A stretch of 64,000 nt of DNA from Candidatus Hydrogenedentota bacterium (GCA_963668025.2 CAXXTH010000017.1:1024001-1088000); one strand, 5' to 3'. Shown: positions 45,775 to 55,825, counted from the first letter of the stretch. The notes: generated from the sequence alone by a model not told the origin. Program-made: numbers and translations.

Positions 45775-46004
45775 GATCAAGCCTAGCAAAATGCCGCGCT
45801 ATATAACCGGCCACCTTTTTCGCCGTGTTTTTCGGGTAAAGTGGAAACTCTCATCGTGTTGTGGGCATTGTATTACGGTAGGGATGGCATGGCGGCCGTG
45901 GCATATAGATTGCAGCGCGTCGGGGGATTAGGATACGATAGAGGGCTTGAAGGAGAAAGGCGCTGTCCAAGAAAAGGTGAAAGCCGCGCCGATGAAAGCC
46001 ACAG

Positions 46005-47009
46005 ATGAATACCGGAACACCGCATGGCCCACTCAAACGCCGCGAGAGCAGGGCGATTCCATACACGCGGCAGCAGCCTAAGCCTTCCCCTGGACGGGCA
46101 TATGAAAAGGCGTTGTATAGTTGGTATCGAGATTTGTGGGAACACGCGGAAAATAGCCGGCGGCTCAAATATGCATTAATTATATCATTGGTGCTGCACG
46201 GACTTGTTTTTTTGGTGCTATTTTTTGGAATGCAGTATCGCCCACCCATCAAACCGGCTGGAGTGTACCACGTATCTTTCGTGACGGATGCCGCTTCGCC
46301 TAATTCGCTGGCGACGGCAGTGAAGCCGCCTACGCCAGAGGTTAAAAAACCGGAGCCTCCGAAGCCGGTCGAGAAGAAAGAGCCACCCAAACCGGTGGTC
46401 AAAAAAGATCCTCCAAAACCGGTTGAAAAGAAGGAGCCTCCGAAACCCGAGGTGAAAAAAGAAACTCCCAAACCGGTGGAGAAAAAGACAGAAACTCCGA
46501 AACCGCCAGAAAAGAAAGAGCCGCCGAAAAAAGAGACGAAAAAAGTGCCGGATATGAAGCCGCTGGCGCCGCCGGATGAACCTCAGCCCGATATAGAGCC
46601 GCTGGCGCCGCCGGATGAGCCGGTACCCGATATGAAGCCTATTGCTCCGCCAGATGAGGCCCTTCCGACAGATCCGAAGAGCCTAGACACGGTGATCGGC
46701 ATGCAGAGCAATTTGCCGAGCGAGTTGAGCGGATGGAGCCGCCTGGTGCAGCGCCAGGTGTTTAATTCTTGGCAAATGCCAATTGGCGTGCGTGCGGACC
46801 CCGAGGAGAATCAGGCGGAGATATCCGTATGGGTGAACCGGAATGGAGAATTGGTTGGGGAGCCGGTGGTGTTGAGCCAGGGACTAGACCCGGAGCTCGC
46901 GCAAACGGGTATCGAGGCGGTCAAAAACGCCGCGCCATTTCCGCCATTTCCAGACAATTTTTCGGATCCGGAGCAGCAGGTGGTTTTTACATTTACGCCT
47001 ATGCTGTAA
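46005..47009 (+). CDS. TolA/TonB-family energy transducer (start uncertain)
   Basis: TM helix with SxxLH, long Pro/Lys/Glu repeats (KKEPPKP, 3x PDxxPxAPPDE), TonB_C-like end AAPFPPFP; directly upstream of tolB. Confidence 0.85.
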   Translation: MNTGTPHGPLKRRESRAIPYTRQQPKPSPGRAYEKALYSWYRDLWEHAENSRRLKYALIISLVLHGLVFLVLFFGMQYRPPIKPAGVYHVSFVTDAASPNSLATAVKPPTPEVKKPEPPKPVEKKEPPKPVVKKDPPKPVEKKEPPKPEVKKETPKPVEKKTETPKPPEKKEPPKKETKKVPDMKPLAPPDEPQPDIEPLAPPDEPVPDMKPIAPPDEALPTDPKSLDTVIGMQSNLPSELSGWSRLVQRQVFNSWQMPIGVRADPEENQAEISVWVNRNGELVGEPVVLSQGLDPELAQTGIEAVKNAAPFPPFPDNFSDPEQQVVFTFTPML

Positions 47010-47059
47010 TATGATGGACTTAAAAGAAGCCGCCCTGTGGGGGGGCAAAAGGATAACGA

Positions 47060-48367
47060 TTGAAGGAGATTGCTGACGTGAGATGTTTATCACTATCGTT
47101 GATGGTTGTTTTAGCCTGTGCATGCGCTGGTGCGGAATCGGGCATTAGCATTAATATTCAGAAATCGCTGGGCCGCACACCTATCGCGGTGCCGGATTTT
47201 GGAACTGCGCCAGGCCAGGAGGCGCTCGGCGTCGAATTGGCCAACATCATGCGCTACGATTTGGAATTCACGGGCATGTTCCAGATTGCATCCCGTGCGC
47301 AATATCCCCCCTCGTTCACCGGCTTTACAGCGGACGCCACTAAGATTAATTTCCAAGACTGGAAAAACGCGGGCGTGGAATATTTGGTGTACAGCTATGT
47401 ACGCCAAGAGGGGGAGAACCTTGTCATCGAATGCCGTTTATTTGATGTGCTGGCGGGCAATCCCGTGGTGGGCCAAGCGCCAACCGCCAAGATGGAATGG
47501 AAGCGATTCGCGGTGCATTTACTTTCCGATGACATTGTGAAATATACTTCGGGTGTCCCAGGCATCGCGACTTCACAGATCGTTTTCAGTGGCGGCGCAA
47601 CGGGTAAAAAAGAGATTTATGCGGTTGATTATGACGGTGCAAATTTGAAAAAAGCGACGAGCCATCAATCTATTTCGATCATGCCACGTTTAGCGCCTGA
47701 TGGCAATCGAGTTGCCTATCTATCCTATAAAGACCGGTATCCGTTCCTCTATGTGTTGAATCTCCGCACCGGCGTATCGACGCCCTTGTCCAAGGATGTG
47801 GGAATGAACGTGTCTCCCGCATGGTCTCCTGGCGGCAATCAACTGGCCATCGCGCTCAGCAAAGATGCCAACGGGGAGATTTACATGGTGAACCCGGACG
47901 GCTCAGGCAAGCGCCGCATCACGAATGATAAATCACTAGATACATCGCCGTGTTTTTCTCCTAGCGGCAGCGAGATTTGCTTTGTCAGCGACCGGCAAGG
48001 GCGGCCGCAAGTATTCGCCATGGGCGCGGATGGAAGCAATGCGCACCGGCTTTCGTTCCAAGGCGGGAATTCCTACAGCCCCGTATGGTCGCCCGATGGC
48101 AAGTCGATTGGCTATGTGTGCGATATGGGCGGCCTCAATATATGGGTAATGGGCTCGGATGGTTCGAATCCCCACCAGCTCACCTCTTCGGGTGGCGAAG
48201 CGCCAAGCTGGTCGGCGGATTCGAGGCATCTCGTTTTCGCTTCGACACGCGGGGGCCGTTCAGAACTTTGGGCGGTGAATGTGGCGACGGGTGAGGAGCG
48301 CCGGATTCCGATCCCCGAGTTGAGCTGCCAAGGCCCTTCGTGGGGCCCGCGCCGCGCGGCGGGATGA
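47060..48367 (+). CDS. tolB: Tol-Pal beta-propeller TolB
   Basis: PIAVPDF N-domain, DYDGAN, PD40 repeats P.WSP.G. Confidence 0.92.
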   Translation: MKEIADVRCLSLSLMVVLACACAGAESGISINIQKSLGRTPIAVPDFGTAPGQEALGVELANIMRYDLEFTGMFQIASRAQYPPSFTGFTADATKINFQDWKNAGVEYLVYSYVRQEGENLVIECRLFDVLAGNPVVGQAPTAKMEWKRFAVHLLSDDIVKYTSGVPGIATSQIVFSGGATGKKEIYAVDYDGANLKKATSHQSISIMPRLAPDGNRVAYLSYKDRYPFLYVLNLRTGVSTPLSKDVGMNVSPAWSPGGNQLAIALSKDANGEIYMVNPDGSGKRRITNDKSLDTSPCFSPSGSEICFVSDRQGRPQVFAMGADGSNAHRLSFQGGNSYSPVWSPDGKSIGYVCDMGGLNIWVMGSDGSNPHQLTSSGGEAPSWSADSRHLVFASTRGGRSELWAVNVATGEERRIPIPELSCQGPSWGPRRAAG

Positions 48368-48391
48368 AGTAGCAACTAATCAAGGAATCAG

Positions 48392-48426
48392 AAAGGCCTT
48401 GCTCATTGCGAGCAAGGCCTTTTTTT
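48392..48426 (+). terminator. Intrinsic terminator after tolB
   Basis: AAAGGCCTTGCTC-attgc-GAGCAAGGCCTTTTTTT. Confidence 0.85.
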
Positions 48427-48498
48427 AAGTAGAACAAGATTGTATACACCGATGCGGCGCTCATCGAACCGTGTAGATCCAGGTCGATTTTGAATGCC

Positions 48499-48547
48499 GT
48501 GGCATGGGCGTCGCCATCCATGTGCATGGCCGGGACGGCCATACTAC
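48499..48547. repeat. Degenerate REP doublet
   Basis: GTGGCATGGGCGTCGCCATCCATG-tg-CATGGCCGGGACGGCCATACTAC. Confidence 0.75.
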
Positions 48548-48654
48548 GGGAGAGGTGAAATCATCTGCTTTGTTGTATCCAATCTTGAATCGATCCAATG
48601 GCGCATTATTTTCCGAGAAAAGAAAAATGCGGCATTATTGGCCTTGCTACTTAA

Positions 48655-50097
48655 TCACTCCCAATCCATGCCGTATTTTTGAAGGCGGTAGCGGAGCGAA
48701 CGGGGGGTGAGGCCGAGCAATTGGGCGGCCTTTTTTTGGGAATAGCGGGCGCGTTCGAGCGCTTGCTTGATCAGGTTGATCTCGATATCAGCCACATGGG
48801 TTTCTAGATCGAGCCCTTCCATGGGGAGCTGGCCCGGGGGGCGAATCGCGGAAACCGCCGTGGGCGCGGCGTTGTCGCTTGCATATTGCTGGACATTTGC
48901 CGGCAGATCATTCACGTCGATGCATGCGCCGCGGCACAGTGCAACGGCCCTTTCCATGATATTCTCGAGTTCCCGGACATTTCCCGGCCATTTGAAACCG
49001 CAGAGGCGCTCTTCCGCTTCGGGGGTGATATCAAGGGGCTTGCGTCCCATTTTGGCCGCGTGGGCGGCGGCGAAATGGCGGGCAAGCAGACGTATGTCGT
49101 CTCCCCGGGTGCGCAGTGGGGGCACAGTGATAGGGATGACATTGAGGCGGTAGTAGAGATCCTCGCGGAACTTGCCTTCCTTGGCCATTTGTTCGAGGTT
49201 CCGGTTGGTGGCGGATATGATGCGGACATCCACGGGGATGGCTTTTGTGCCGCCTACAGGCGTCACAATGCTGATATCGAGGACGCGCAGGAGTTTGACC
49301 TGGAGCGGCAAGGGCATTTCGCCAATCTCGTCCAGGAAAAGCGTGCCGCCGTTGGCGACGACAAACAGCCCTTCCTTGCGCTCGACAGCGCCCGTGAAAG
49401 CGCCCTTTTCATGGCCGAACAGTTCGCTTTCGAGTAGGTTTTCCGGGAATGCGCCGCAATTGATGGCTACGAAGGATACGGATGCGCGCTGGCTGAGCTG
49501 GTGGATGCCCCGGGCGACCAGTTCTTTGCCGGTGCCGCTTTCGCCATGGATGGCGATGGTGCTCGATAAGGTGGCCACGCGGCGGATCATGGTGCGCACT
49601 TCTTCGATGACGGGGCTGTTGCCCACGATGTTATCGAGCTGGCCGCGCAGGGCCTGGTCTTTGCGCAAGGCGGTGTTTTCGCGTACGAGGTCGCGCTGTT
49701 CGATGGCGCGGCGGATGATGATGCGCATTTCATCGTTTTTGAAGGGCTTCATGATGTAATCGGCGGCCCCCCGCTTCATGGCCTCGATGGCCACCTCGAC
49801 GGAGCCGTGGGCCGTCATCATGATGGCGGGGGTATTGGAGGCGTGTTCGGCGATCCAATTCAGCAGCGCCATGCCCGCATCGCGCTGGGTGCCCATGCGA
49901 AGGTCCGTGACGACGCAGTCAAACGTGGAAGCTTCTAAGCGGGCTTGGGCCTGGGACACATTGGCGGCGGATTCGACTTCATACCCATCGTTCTGCAAAA
50001 CGATCTCGAGCAGCTCACGCATGCCGCTTTCATCATCGACCACGAGAATGCGCGCTTTTGCGGGCTTATTTACTCGTTCCACCCCATGTGCCGCCAT
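48655..50097 (-). CDS. pilR: Sigma54-dependent response regulator, PilR-like
   Basis: Receiver + GESGTGKE + GAFTGA + WPGNVREL + Fis HTH (RSLRYRL); pil context. Confidence 0.85.
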   Translation of the reverse strand: MAAHGVERVNKPAKARILVVDDESGMRELLEIVLQNDGYEVESAANVSQAQARLEASTFDCVVTDLRMGTQRDAGMALLNWIAEHASNTPAIMMTAHGSVEVAIEAMKRGAADYIMKPFKNDEMRIIIRRAIEQRDLVRENTALRKDQALRGQLDNIVGNSPVIEEVRTMIRRVATLSSTIAIHGESGTGKELVARGIHQLSQRASVSFVAINCGAFPENLLESELFGHEKGAFTGAVERKEGLFVVANGGTLFLDEIGEMPLPLQVKLLRVLDISIVTPVGGTKAIPVDVRIISATNRNLEQMAKEGKFREDLYYRLNVIPITVPPLRTRGDDIRLLARHFAAAHAAKMGRKPLDITPEAEERLCGFKWPGNVRELENIMERAVALCRGACIDVNDLPANVQQYASDNAAPTAVSAIRPPGQLPMEGLDLETHVADIEINLIKQALERARYSQKKAAQLLGLTPRSLRYRLQKYGMDWE

Positions 50098-50103
50098 AAT
50101 CCG

Positions 50104-51738
50104 TTATTCTCCGAAGCGGGCCGCGGGCAGCCGCACGATGAGCGACGCTCCGTGTTCCCGGCGTGATGTGACATGAATAGTGCCATCATGAGCCGAGATA
50201 ATCCGCATGCACACGGCAAGGCCCATGCCGACCCCCGATTCTTTGGTAGTATAGAAAGGCTCGAAGATCCGCGCAACCTCATCCGGTGGAATGCCCGGGC
50301 CTTCATCCTCGAATACGACCGCCACCGATACCTGATCCCGCGAAGCGGAAATGGTGAGGGTTCCGTTTTCATTCATGGCTTCGACCGCGTTTTTGCCGAT
50401 ATTGATGAACACTTGCTTGAGCTGGGCGCGGTCGCCTGAGATAGGGCAATGCTCCGCGCCATGCTTGAGTTCCATATGGAGGCCGTTTCCGTTCACGCTG
50501 CGCTGGAGCAAGCCAGCCACTTCATCGAGGAGTTCCCATAAATCAAACGGATGGCGCTCCATGCGGGGCTCCCGGGCGAAATCGAGGAACTCGCTGACAA
50601 TATAGTTCAATTGGTCGCATTCGCGCATGGCGATGCTAGTGAGGCGGCGCGCCAAGACTGGTTCTTCCATCGAGCGTTCTAGTTCCTCGATAGCGCCGCG
50701 GATGGCGGCCACCGGATTTCGGATTTCATGGGCAAGGCCCGTGGACAATTCGCCCACTGCCGCGAGGCAGTCTTGGCGTTTGAGTTCATCGCGCATGATG
50801 GCCAGCTCGGTGAGGTCGCTGAAGGCGACGATGCTGCCGTTCAGGATGCCTTTCGAGTCATACATGCAACTGGTGCTTAAACCGAGCAAGCGGACATCAT
50901 CTTCGCCGATAATCGCCTCGAACTCATACCGGGTATAGTCGCGCCGGGTGCGAATCGAAGTAAGCACCGGGCATTCGCCGCTGGCGGCGGTGCGAAGCAC
51001 TTCTTGGACGGGCAGGCCGACCCCTCCGCCTTCTTCGAGCGCCAAGATGCGGCAGGCGGCTTTATTGAGAACCATCACGGCGCCTTCGGCGTTGGTGATG
51101 ATGAATCCGTTATTCATGTTGTCCAGGATTTCGCGCTGGAACTGGTTCAAGCGGCGCACCCGTTGGTTCCAATAGCCGCTAATCGCGGCGGTGAGGTAAT
51201 ACGCCAGGCCTTGTACGGCGAATTTGTAGGCCATGTCGGGAATGGCCTCGATTTGCCAAGCATCCCATCCCACCACATGCCCGCCGAGTGGCGATGAAGT
51301 CATGACTTGAATCGCCATGAACACGGTGGCCAGCGATGCGAAAACAAATCCTTGCGCGGGGCTTAACAGCAGGCTGGCTTCCAACACCACCACGACGAAC
51401 AGGAAAGTGGCGAAACTGTTCGAGCCGCCCGTGAAACTGATGGTGGCGGCCACGACGCAGAAGTCCACCAGCATTTGCGCCCAGGTGAGCAAGGTGGCCT
51501 TGACCAGCGGCCCGCGCACGAGCGACGCCAGATACCAGCAGCAACTGATGAATCCGAACAGATAGAAGCCGCTGAGGAGCCCGAGGCGGAAGCTGCTGGC
51601 GTCGTCCATGAGGATATAGGCGCCCAAGGCCATGAACAACAGCACGCCCACGCGGATGGCTCCGACATACCACAGCCAAACGGCGGGGCCTTCAATGGAA
51701 ACCCGGAAAAGGTCGGCGGAGTTGGGCCGTTTCTTCAC
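50104..51738 (-). CDS. pilS: Sensor histidine kinase, PilS-like
   Basis: About 6 TM helices with TGG..S.F, PAS, AHEIRNP, N/G/F boxes; adjacent to pilR. Confidence 0.82.
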   Translation of the reverse strand: MKKRPNSADLFRVSIEGPAVWLWYVGAIRVGVLLFMALGAYILMDDASSFRLGLLSGFYLFGFISCCWYLASLVRGPLVKATLLTWAQMLVDFCVVAATISFTGGSNSFATFLFVVVVLEASLLLSPAQGFVFASLATVFMAIQVMTSSPLGGHVVGWDAWQIEAIPDMAYKFAVQGLAYYLTAAISGYWNQRVRRLNQFQREILDNMNNGFIITNAEGAVMVLNKAACRILALEEGGGVGLPVQEVLRTAASGECPVLTSIRTRRDYTRYEFEAIIGEDDVRLLGLSTSCMYDSKGILNGSIVAFSDLTELAIMRDELKRQDCLAAVGELSTGLAHEIRNPVAAIRGAIEELERSMEEPVLARRLTSIAMRECDQLNYIVSEFLDFAREPRMERHPFDLWELLDEVAGLLQRSVNGNGLHMELKHGAEHCPISGDRAQLKQVFINIGKNAVEAMNENGTLTISASRDQVSVAVVFEDEGPGIPPDEVARIFEPFYTTKESGVGMGLAVCMRIISAHDGTIHVTSRREHGASLIVRLPAARFGE

Positions 51739-52808
51739 GCGCCTCCTCGTTCGATGAGGCGCTGAAGGCCTTCTGGATCGTGGCTGCTCTTGAAGGCGGT
51801 TTCCATGGTGATGAGGTTGCGCCGGAGCAGGCGGAAGAGGGATTGGTTCATGGTGATCATGCCTTCGCCAGCGCCGATTTCGATCATGGATGGGATTTGT
51901 TCGAGTTTTTCTTCGCGCATGAGCGAGCGAATGGCCGTGTTGGGTATCATGATCTCGAGGGCGATGACCCGCCCGCGGCCGTCGGCCCGGGGGAGAAGTT
52001 GCTGCACGACCACGCCCTCGAGCACAAAGGACAACTGCGTGCGGATCTGGGCTTGCTGCGCGGCGGGAAACACGTCCACGATGCGGTTGATCGTTTGGAG
52101 AGCGTCGTTGGTGTGCAAGGTGGCGAACGCGAGATGGCCCGTTTCCGCCGTGGTGATGGCCGCCGAGATGGTCTCGGGATCGCGCATTTCACCGATGAGG
52201 ATCACGTCGGGGTCTTGGCGGAGCACATGGCGCAATGCGGCGGCGAACGACTTGGTGTCCGCATGCACTTCCCGCTGATTGATGACGGAATGGTTATGCC
52301 GGTGCAGGTATTCGATGGGATCCTCGATGGTGACGATATGTACGCTGCGTTCGCGGTTGATGCGGTCGATAATCGAGGCCAGGGTCGTGGATTTACCGCT
52401 GCCGGTGGGGCCGCAGACGAGGATCAATCCGATAGGGCGGTGGGCGAAATCGGCCACCACGCGCGGCAGGCCTAATTCATCGAATGAGCGAATCTCGAAT
52501 GGAATCGCGCGGAACGCCGCCGATATGGAACCCCGGTCGCGGTAGACATTTAAGCGGAAGCGGCTTAGCCCCGTGATGCCAAAGGAGAGGTCGCATTCCT
52601 TGTCGGCTTCGAACGAGGCCACTTGTTCTTCATTCATGACGGAGTACGCCAATTCTTGTGTATTTTCCGGGCGCAAGAGCGGATATCCTTCCAGGGCTTG
52701 AAGCGCGCCATGGACACGGACAATAGGGGGCACGCCGACGGAGATGTGCAGGTCGCTTGCACCCATTTCGATGGTCTTGGTGAGTAGTTCCTTGATGCTC
52801 AGTTCCAT
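51735..52808 (-). CDS. pilT: Type IV pilus retraction ATPase
   Basis: ASDLH, GPTGSGKSTT, TIEDPIE, AETGHL, AIRSLMRE. Confidence 0.96.
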   Translation of the reverse strand: MELSIKELLTKTIEMGASDLHISVGVPPIVRVHGALQALEGYPLLRPENTQELAYSVMNEEQVASFEADKECDLSFGITGLSRFRLNVYRDRGSISAAFRAIPFEIRSFDELGLPRVVADFAHRPIGLILVCGPTGSGKSTTLASIIDRINRERSVHIVTIEDPIEYLHRHNHSVINQREVHADTKSFAAALRHVLRQDPDVILIGEMRDPETISAAITTAETGHLAFATLHTNDALQTINRIVDVFPAAQQAQIRTQLSFVLEGVVVQQLLPRADGRGRVIALEIMIPNTAIRSLMREEKLEQIPSMIEIGAGEGMITMNQSLFRLLRRNLITMETAFKSSHDPEGLQRLIERGGA

Positions 52809-52960
52809 ACCGCCTCCTCCAGTTCCCCCGCTGGTTAGTATTCTAGCAATCGACCAAGACTTTTCAGCTTTGTTCAGTCATCATAGACATCTCCATCATG
52901 TCTATCCGAAAATATCATTCGACTGGCCTTATCTTGTTTTCAACTGAAGATGTCGAATCG

Positions 52961-53251
52961 CTACTTTCGAGTTCCCGATACGGCTTGTGTATGCATGCAG
53001 GTTGTTTGTGTATTTTCGATTTCTTCGTAAATGGTCTCTGGGGCGATATCCGCGCCATTTGGCCAAGTGATAGCGCCACCTTCAATAGCAGTCATTTTGA
53101 AAAAAGCTATTTTCCGAAGCGGCTCAAATACGGCGCCTCTATTCACCCATTTAGAAAAATCGACTTCTCCCATTAATCCATTATCGAATTCGATTTCGTA
53201 GGTGTATTGTGATTTATAGCTAATCCTGACAATATCGTTGAGATTCCACAT
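52961..53251 (-). CDS. DUF2442-family protein (putative TA partner)
   Basis: I.FDNG..G.VDF...G.VFEPL...F....GG.I.WPNGADIAPE.IYE. Confidence 0.85.
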   Translation of the reverse strand: MWNLNDIVRISYKSQYTYEIEFDNGLMGEVDFSKWVNRGAVFEPLRKIAFFKMTAIEGGAITWPNGADIAPETIYEEIENTQTTCMHTQAVSGTRK

Positions 53252-53257
53252 CAATCT

Positions 53258-53731
53258 TTACTCCAAAGGCGCTATCTGATTTATTAGCGTGCATTGGCTG
53301 GCTCGTTCCCAGTTCTCCTGTACTTCAATTGCATGCAGATCGATCCATTCTCGAACGAGTTTAGTTGCCGTTTTCGATTGTAGATCACCGGCTAAAATAT
53401 TACCTCGAAAGTCAAACAATGCTTTTACTCCATACTAATATCTGGCAAAACGTTATTTTCTTGAGAAGATTCTCTTGGGAAACCAATATGTATTAACTGG
53501 TTAGAACTTACGATTTATATATTATCATGGCAGATGTATCCTTTGAACGGTGGGGCAAGCCCCACCCTACCTTTAAAATTTTAGTGTAATTAGTGTATTT
53601 CGTGGTTTAAATATCCGAATCTTTGGTTGCGGCTGCGCCGCGCTATGATATTCTATGTGGAGATTTGGGGGATTATGATCTTCATAAAACAATCGGACGA
53701 CAATCCCGAAAAACATAGAAATCACAGGTAT
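53258..53731 (-). pseudogene. DUF4160-family gene split by a 213-bp insertion; start codon reads ATA
   Basis: 5' half PVISMFFGIVVRLFYEDHNPPNLHIEYH (53731-53645); 3' half GVKALFDFRGNILAGDLQSKTATKLVREWIDLH...IAPLE* (53431-53258). Confidence 0.85.
53549..53570 (-). repeat. Second-class GTAG REP
   Basis: Minus strand GTAG-GGTGGGGC-TT-GCCCCACC. Confidence 0.75.
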
Positions 53732-53765
53732 TACTGAATTTTCGCTCCGTGTCACCAATCTTTCA

Positions 53766-55505
53766 TTAATCCGCCGCAGACACGCGCAGCACTTCTTCGA
53801 TGGTGGTCATGCCATGAGCGGCCTTGGACAGGGCGTTCTGGCGCAAGGTGCTCATGCCGCATTCGATGGCGCGCCGTTTGATGTCGCTCGAGGTCGCGCG
53901 TTTCATGACCAATTCCTGGAGTTGCGGATAATTGGGCATGGCTTCAATGACCGCGAGGCGGCCGCTGTATCCGGTGTCTTTGCATTTGGCGCAGCCGCGC
54001 CCGCGCACGAATTGCGGGGGCGGAGCGCCTTCAGGATGGCGGTATTGGATGCGCTGGAGCACTTCGTCCGGCACTTTGATGGTCTGTTTACAGTTTGAAC
54101 AGACCTTGCGCATCAGGCGCTGCGCCGCCGCGAGGCCCACGGAAGATTGCACGAGGAAAGGCTCGACGCCCATATCGGTGAGGCGGGTGAATACGCTTGC
54201 GGCGTCATTGGTGTGCAGGGTGCTCAGCACCAGGTGGCCGGTAAGGGCGGCCTTGACCGCGATATCGGCGGTTTCTTCGTCGCGGATCTCACCCACCATC
54301 ACGATGTCGGGGTCTTGGCGCAGAATACTGCGCAATGAGGCCGCGAAGGAGAGGCCGATTTCGGAATGCACCTGCACTTGGTTGATGCCGAACAAGTCAT
54401 ATTCGACGGGGTCTTCGACCGTCACGATATTGCAGTCGGGTTTGTTGAGCTTGTGGAGTGCGCTGTAGAGCGTGGTGGTTTTGCCGCTTCCCGTGGGGCC
54501 TGTCATCAAGATCATCCCAAAAGGGAGCTTCAAGGCGTCATTAAACGCTTCCATAGGCTGTCTTTCGAAACCTAGGGCGTCCAGGTCAAGGGTCAGATTG
54601 CCCTTGTCTAGAATACGCGCCACGATCTTTTCGCCATGGGAGCAGGGCAAAAACGAAATACGGAAGTCGACTTCGCGGCCCTTATATTTAATGCGGAACC
54701 GGCCGTCTTGAGGAACGCGGTGTTCCGCGATATCGAGGTCGCTGAGGATTTTGAACCGGGAAGTCAAGGCGGCTTGGACGCTCTTCGGGGGGTTTTTGGT
54801 TTCCTCGAGCATGCCGTCGATACGGTAGCGGACGCGTAGTGTGCGCTCGAAGGGCTCGATGTGAATATCGCTCGCGCCGGAATCGAGGGCACTGGCGATA
54901 ATAAGGTTTACGAGCCGGATGACCGGGCCTTCTTCCGCCTCGAGTTTGAGTGTGCCGATATCGCCAATGTCATCTTTTTCCTCGATGACATCCAATGTGT
55001 CGCTGACGCCGTCATCCGCTAAAAGCTCGTTATAGAGTTCCGAGTTTTGTTTGCCGCTGTAATGGCGGTTGATGGCGGCGCTCAACTCGGACGCCACGGC
55101 GACAACAGGCTCGATCTCATAGCTGGTGAGCATGCGGAGATCGTCGAGCGCCATGATGTTGAGCGGGTCCGACATGGCAAGGGTGAGCACGTCGCCGGTC
55201 ACGGAGACGGGAAGCATTTGGTATTGGCGGGCCAGGGATTCGGGCACTTCATTGAGCACTTCCTGGGCGATTTTATAATTGGCCACCCGGATATGGGGTA
55301 TGCCGAGCTGGTCGCTGAGCGTCACGACCAAGTCTTCCTCGCTGAGGTAGTTTTTGCTGAGTAAAATGCTGGCGAGGCTCTGGCCGGTGGCGCGTTGTAT
55401 GCTGACGCATTCGCGCAGTTGTTCGTCGGTGATAAGCCCCTGTTCGAGAAGGACATCACCCAGCCTGCGCTTGGCTGTTTTTGTCAATTTTCGGTCTCCT
55501 GCCAT
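53766..55505 (-). CDS. pilB: Type IV pilus assembly ATPase (PilB/GspE) with N-terminal MshEN-like domain
   Basis: RLGDVLLEQGLI, ASDIHIEP, PQDGR, GPTGSGKTTTLY, tetra-Cys motif. Confidence 0.93.
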   Translation of the reverse strand: MAGDRKLTKTAKRRLGDVLLEQGLITDEQLRECVSIQRATGQSLASILLSKNYLSEEDLVVTLSDQLGIPHIRVANYKIAQEVLNEVPESLARQYQMLPVSVTGDVLTLAMSDPLNIMALDDLRMLTSYEIEPVVAVASELSAAINRHYSGKQNSELYNELLADDGVSDTLDVIEEKDDIGDIGTLKLEAEEGPVIRLVNLIIASALDSGASDIHIEPFERTLRVRYRIDGMLEETKNPPKSVQAALTSRFKILSDLDIAEHRVPQDGRFRIKYKGREVDFRISFLPCSHGEKIVARILDKGNLTLDLDALGFERQPMEAFNDALKLPFGMILMTGPTGSGKTTTLYSALHKLNKPDCNIVTVEDPVEYDLFGINQVQVHSEIGLSFAASLRSILRQDPDIVMVGEIRDEETADIAVKAALTGHLVLSTLHTNDAASVFTRLTDMGVEPFLVQSSVGLAAAQRLMRKVCSNCKQTIKVPDEVLQRIQYRHPEGAPPPQFVRGRGCAKCKDTGYSGRLAVIEAMPNYPQLQELVMKRATSSDIKRRAIECGMSTLRQNALSKAAHGMTTIEEVLRVSAAD

Positions 55506-55825
55506 ATGGCGTCCCCCCAGGTGCGCCCAATATCCGAACGCACTGGGCATAGCCCAGGCGGCTTACTTGGGCAACGAAGCTATTATCTCATATTCCAGCG
55601 TAAAACGTGTAGTGGCGGATTACTCCCCAAATCACCCGATACGGTTTTTTGTATCATACTTGATAGCGTTACAACTCAATCTAGGCAATCACTTTTAACG
55701 CAAAGGCGCGGAGAACGCGGAGGTCCGCAAAGTAGAAAAATCATTTTCAAACAGTTTTTCGCACCTTCGAGAGTGAACTCCGTAAGCGGCAATGGAGAAG
55801 AGCGGATTCTCGGCGGCGCTTCGGA

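Noticed and set aside
46320-46660. Tandem DNA repeats resembling an array
   Set aside because: In-frame Pro/Lys/Glu linker repeats of the TolA/TonB-like protein; no unique spacers, not CRISPR
46005-48367. tolA-tolB without tolQR and pal as a novel system
   Set aside because: Split tol-pal loci are common; the partners may lie elsewhere
52930-53020. Possible integron attC after DUF2442 (also CGCATAAC near 10400)
   Set aside because: No matching RYYYAAC/GTTRRRY pair with internal complementarity and no integrase in the window
55506-55575. Nested hairpin in the pilB leader as a c-di-GMP riboswitch
   Set aside because: Lacks the GEMM consensus features (GNRA loop/receptor, GCAAA motifs); only a simple stem-loop is supported
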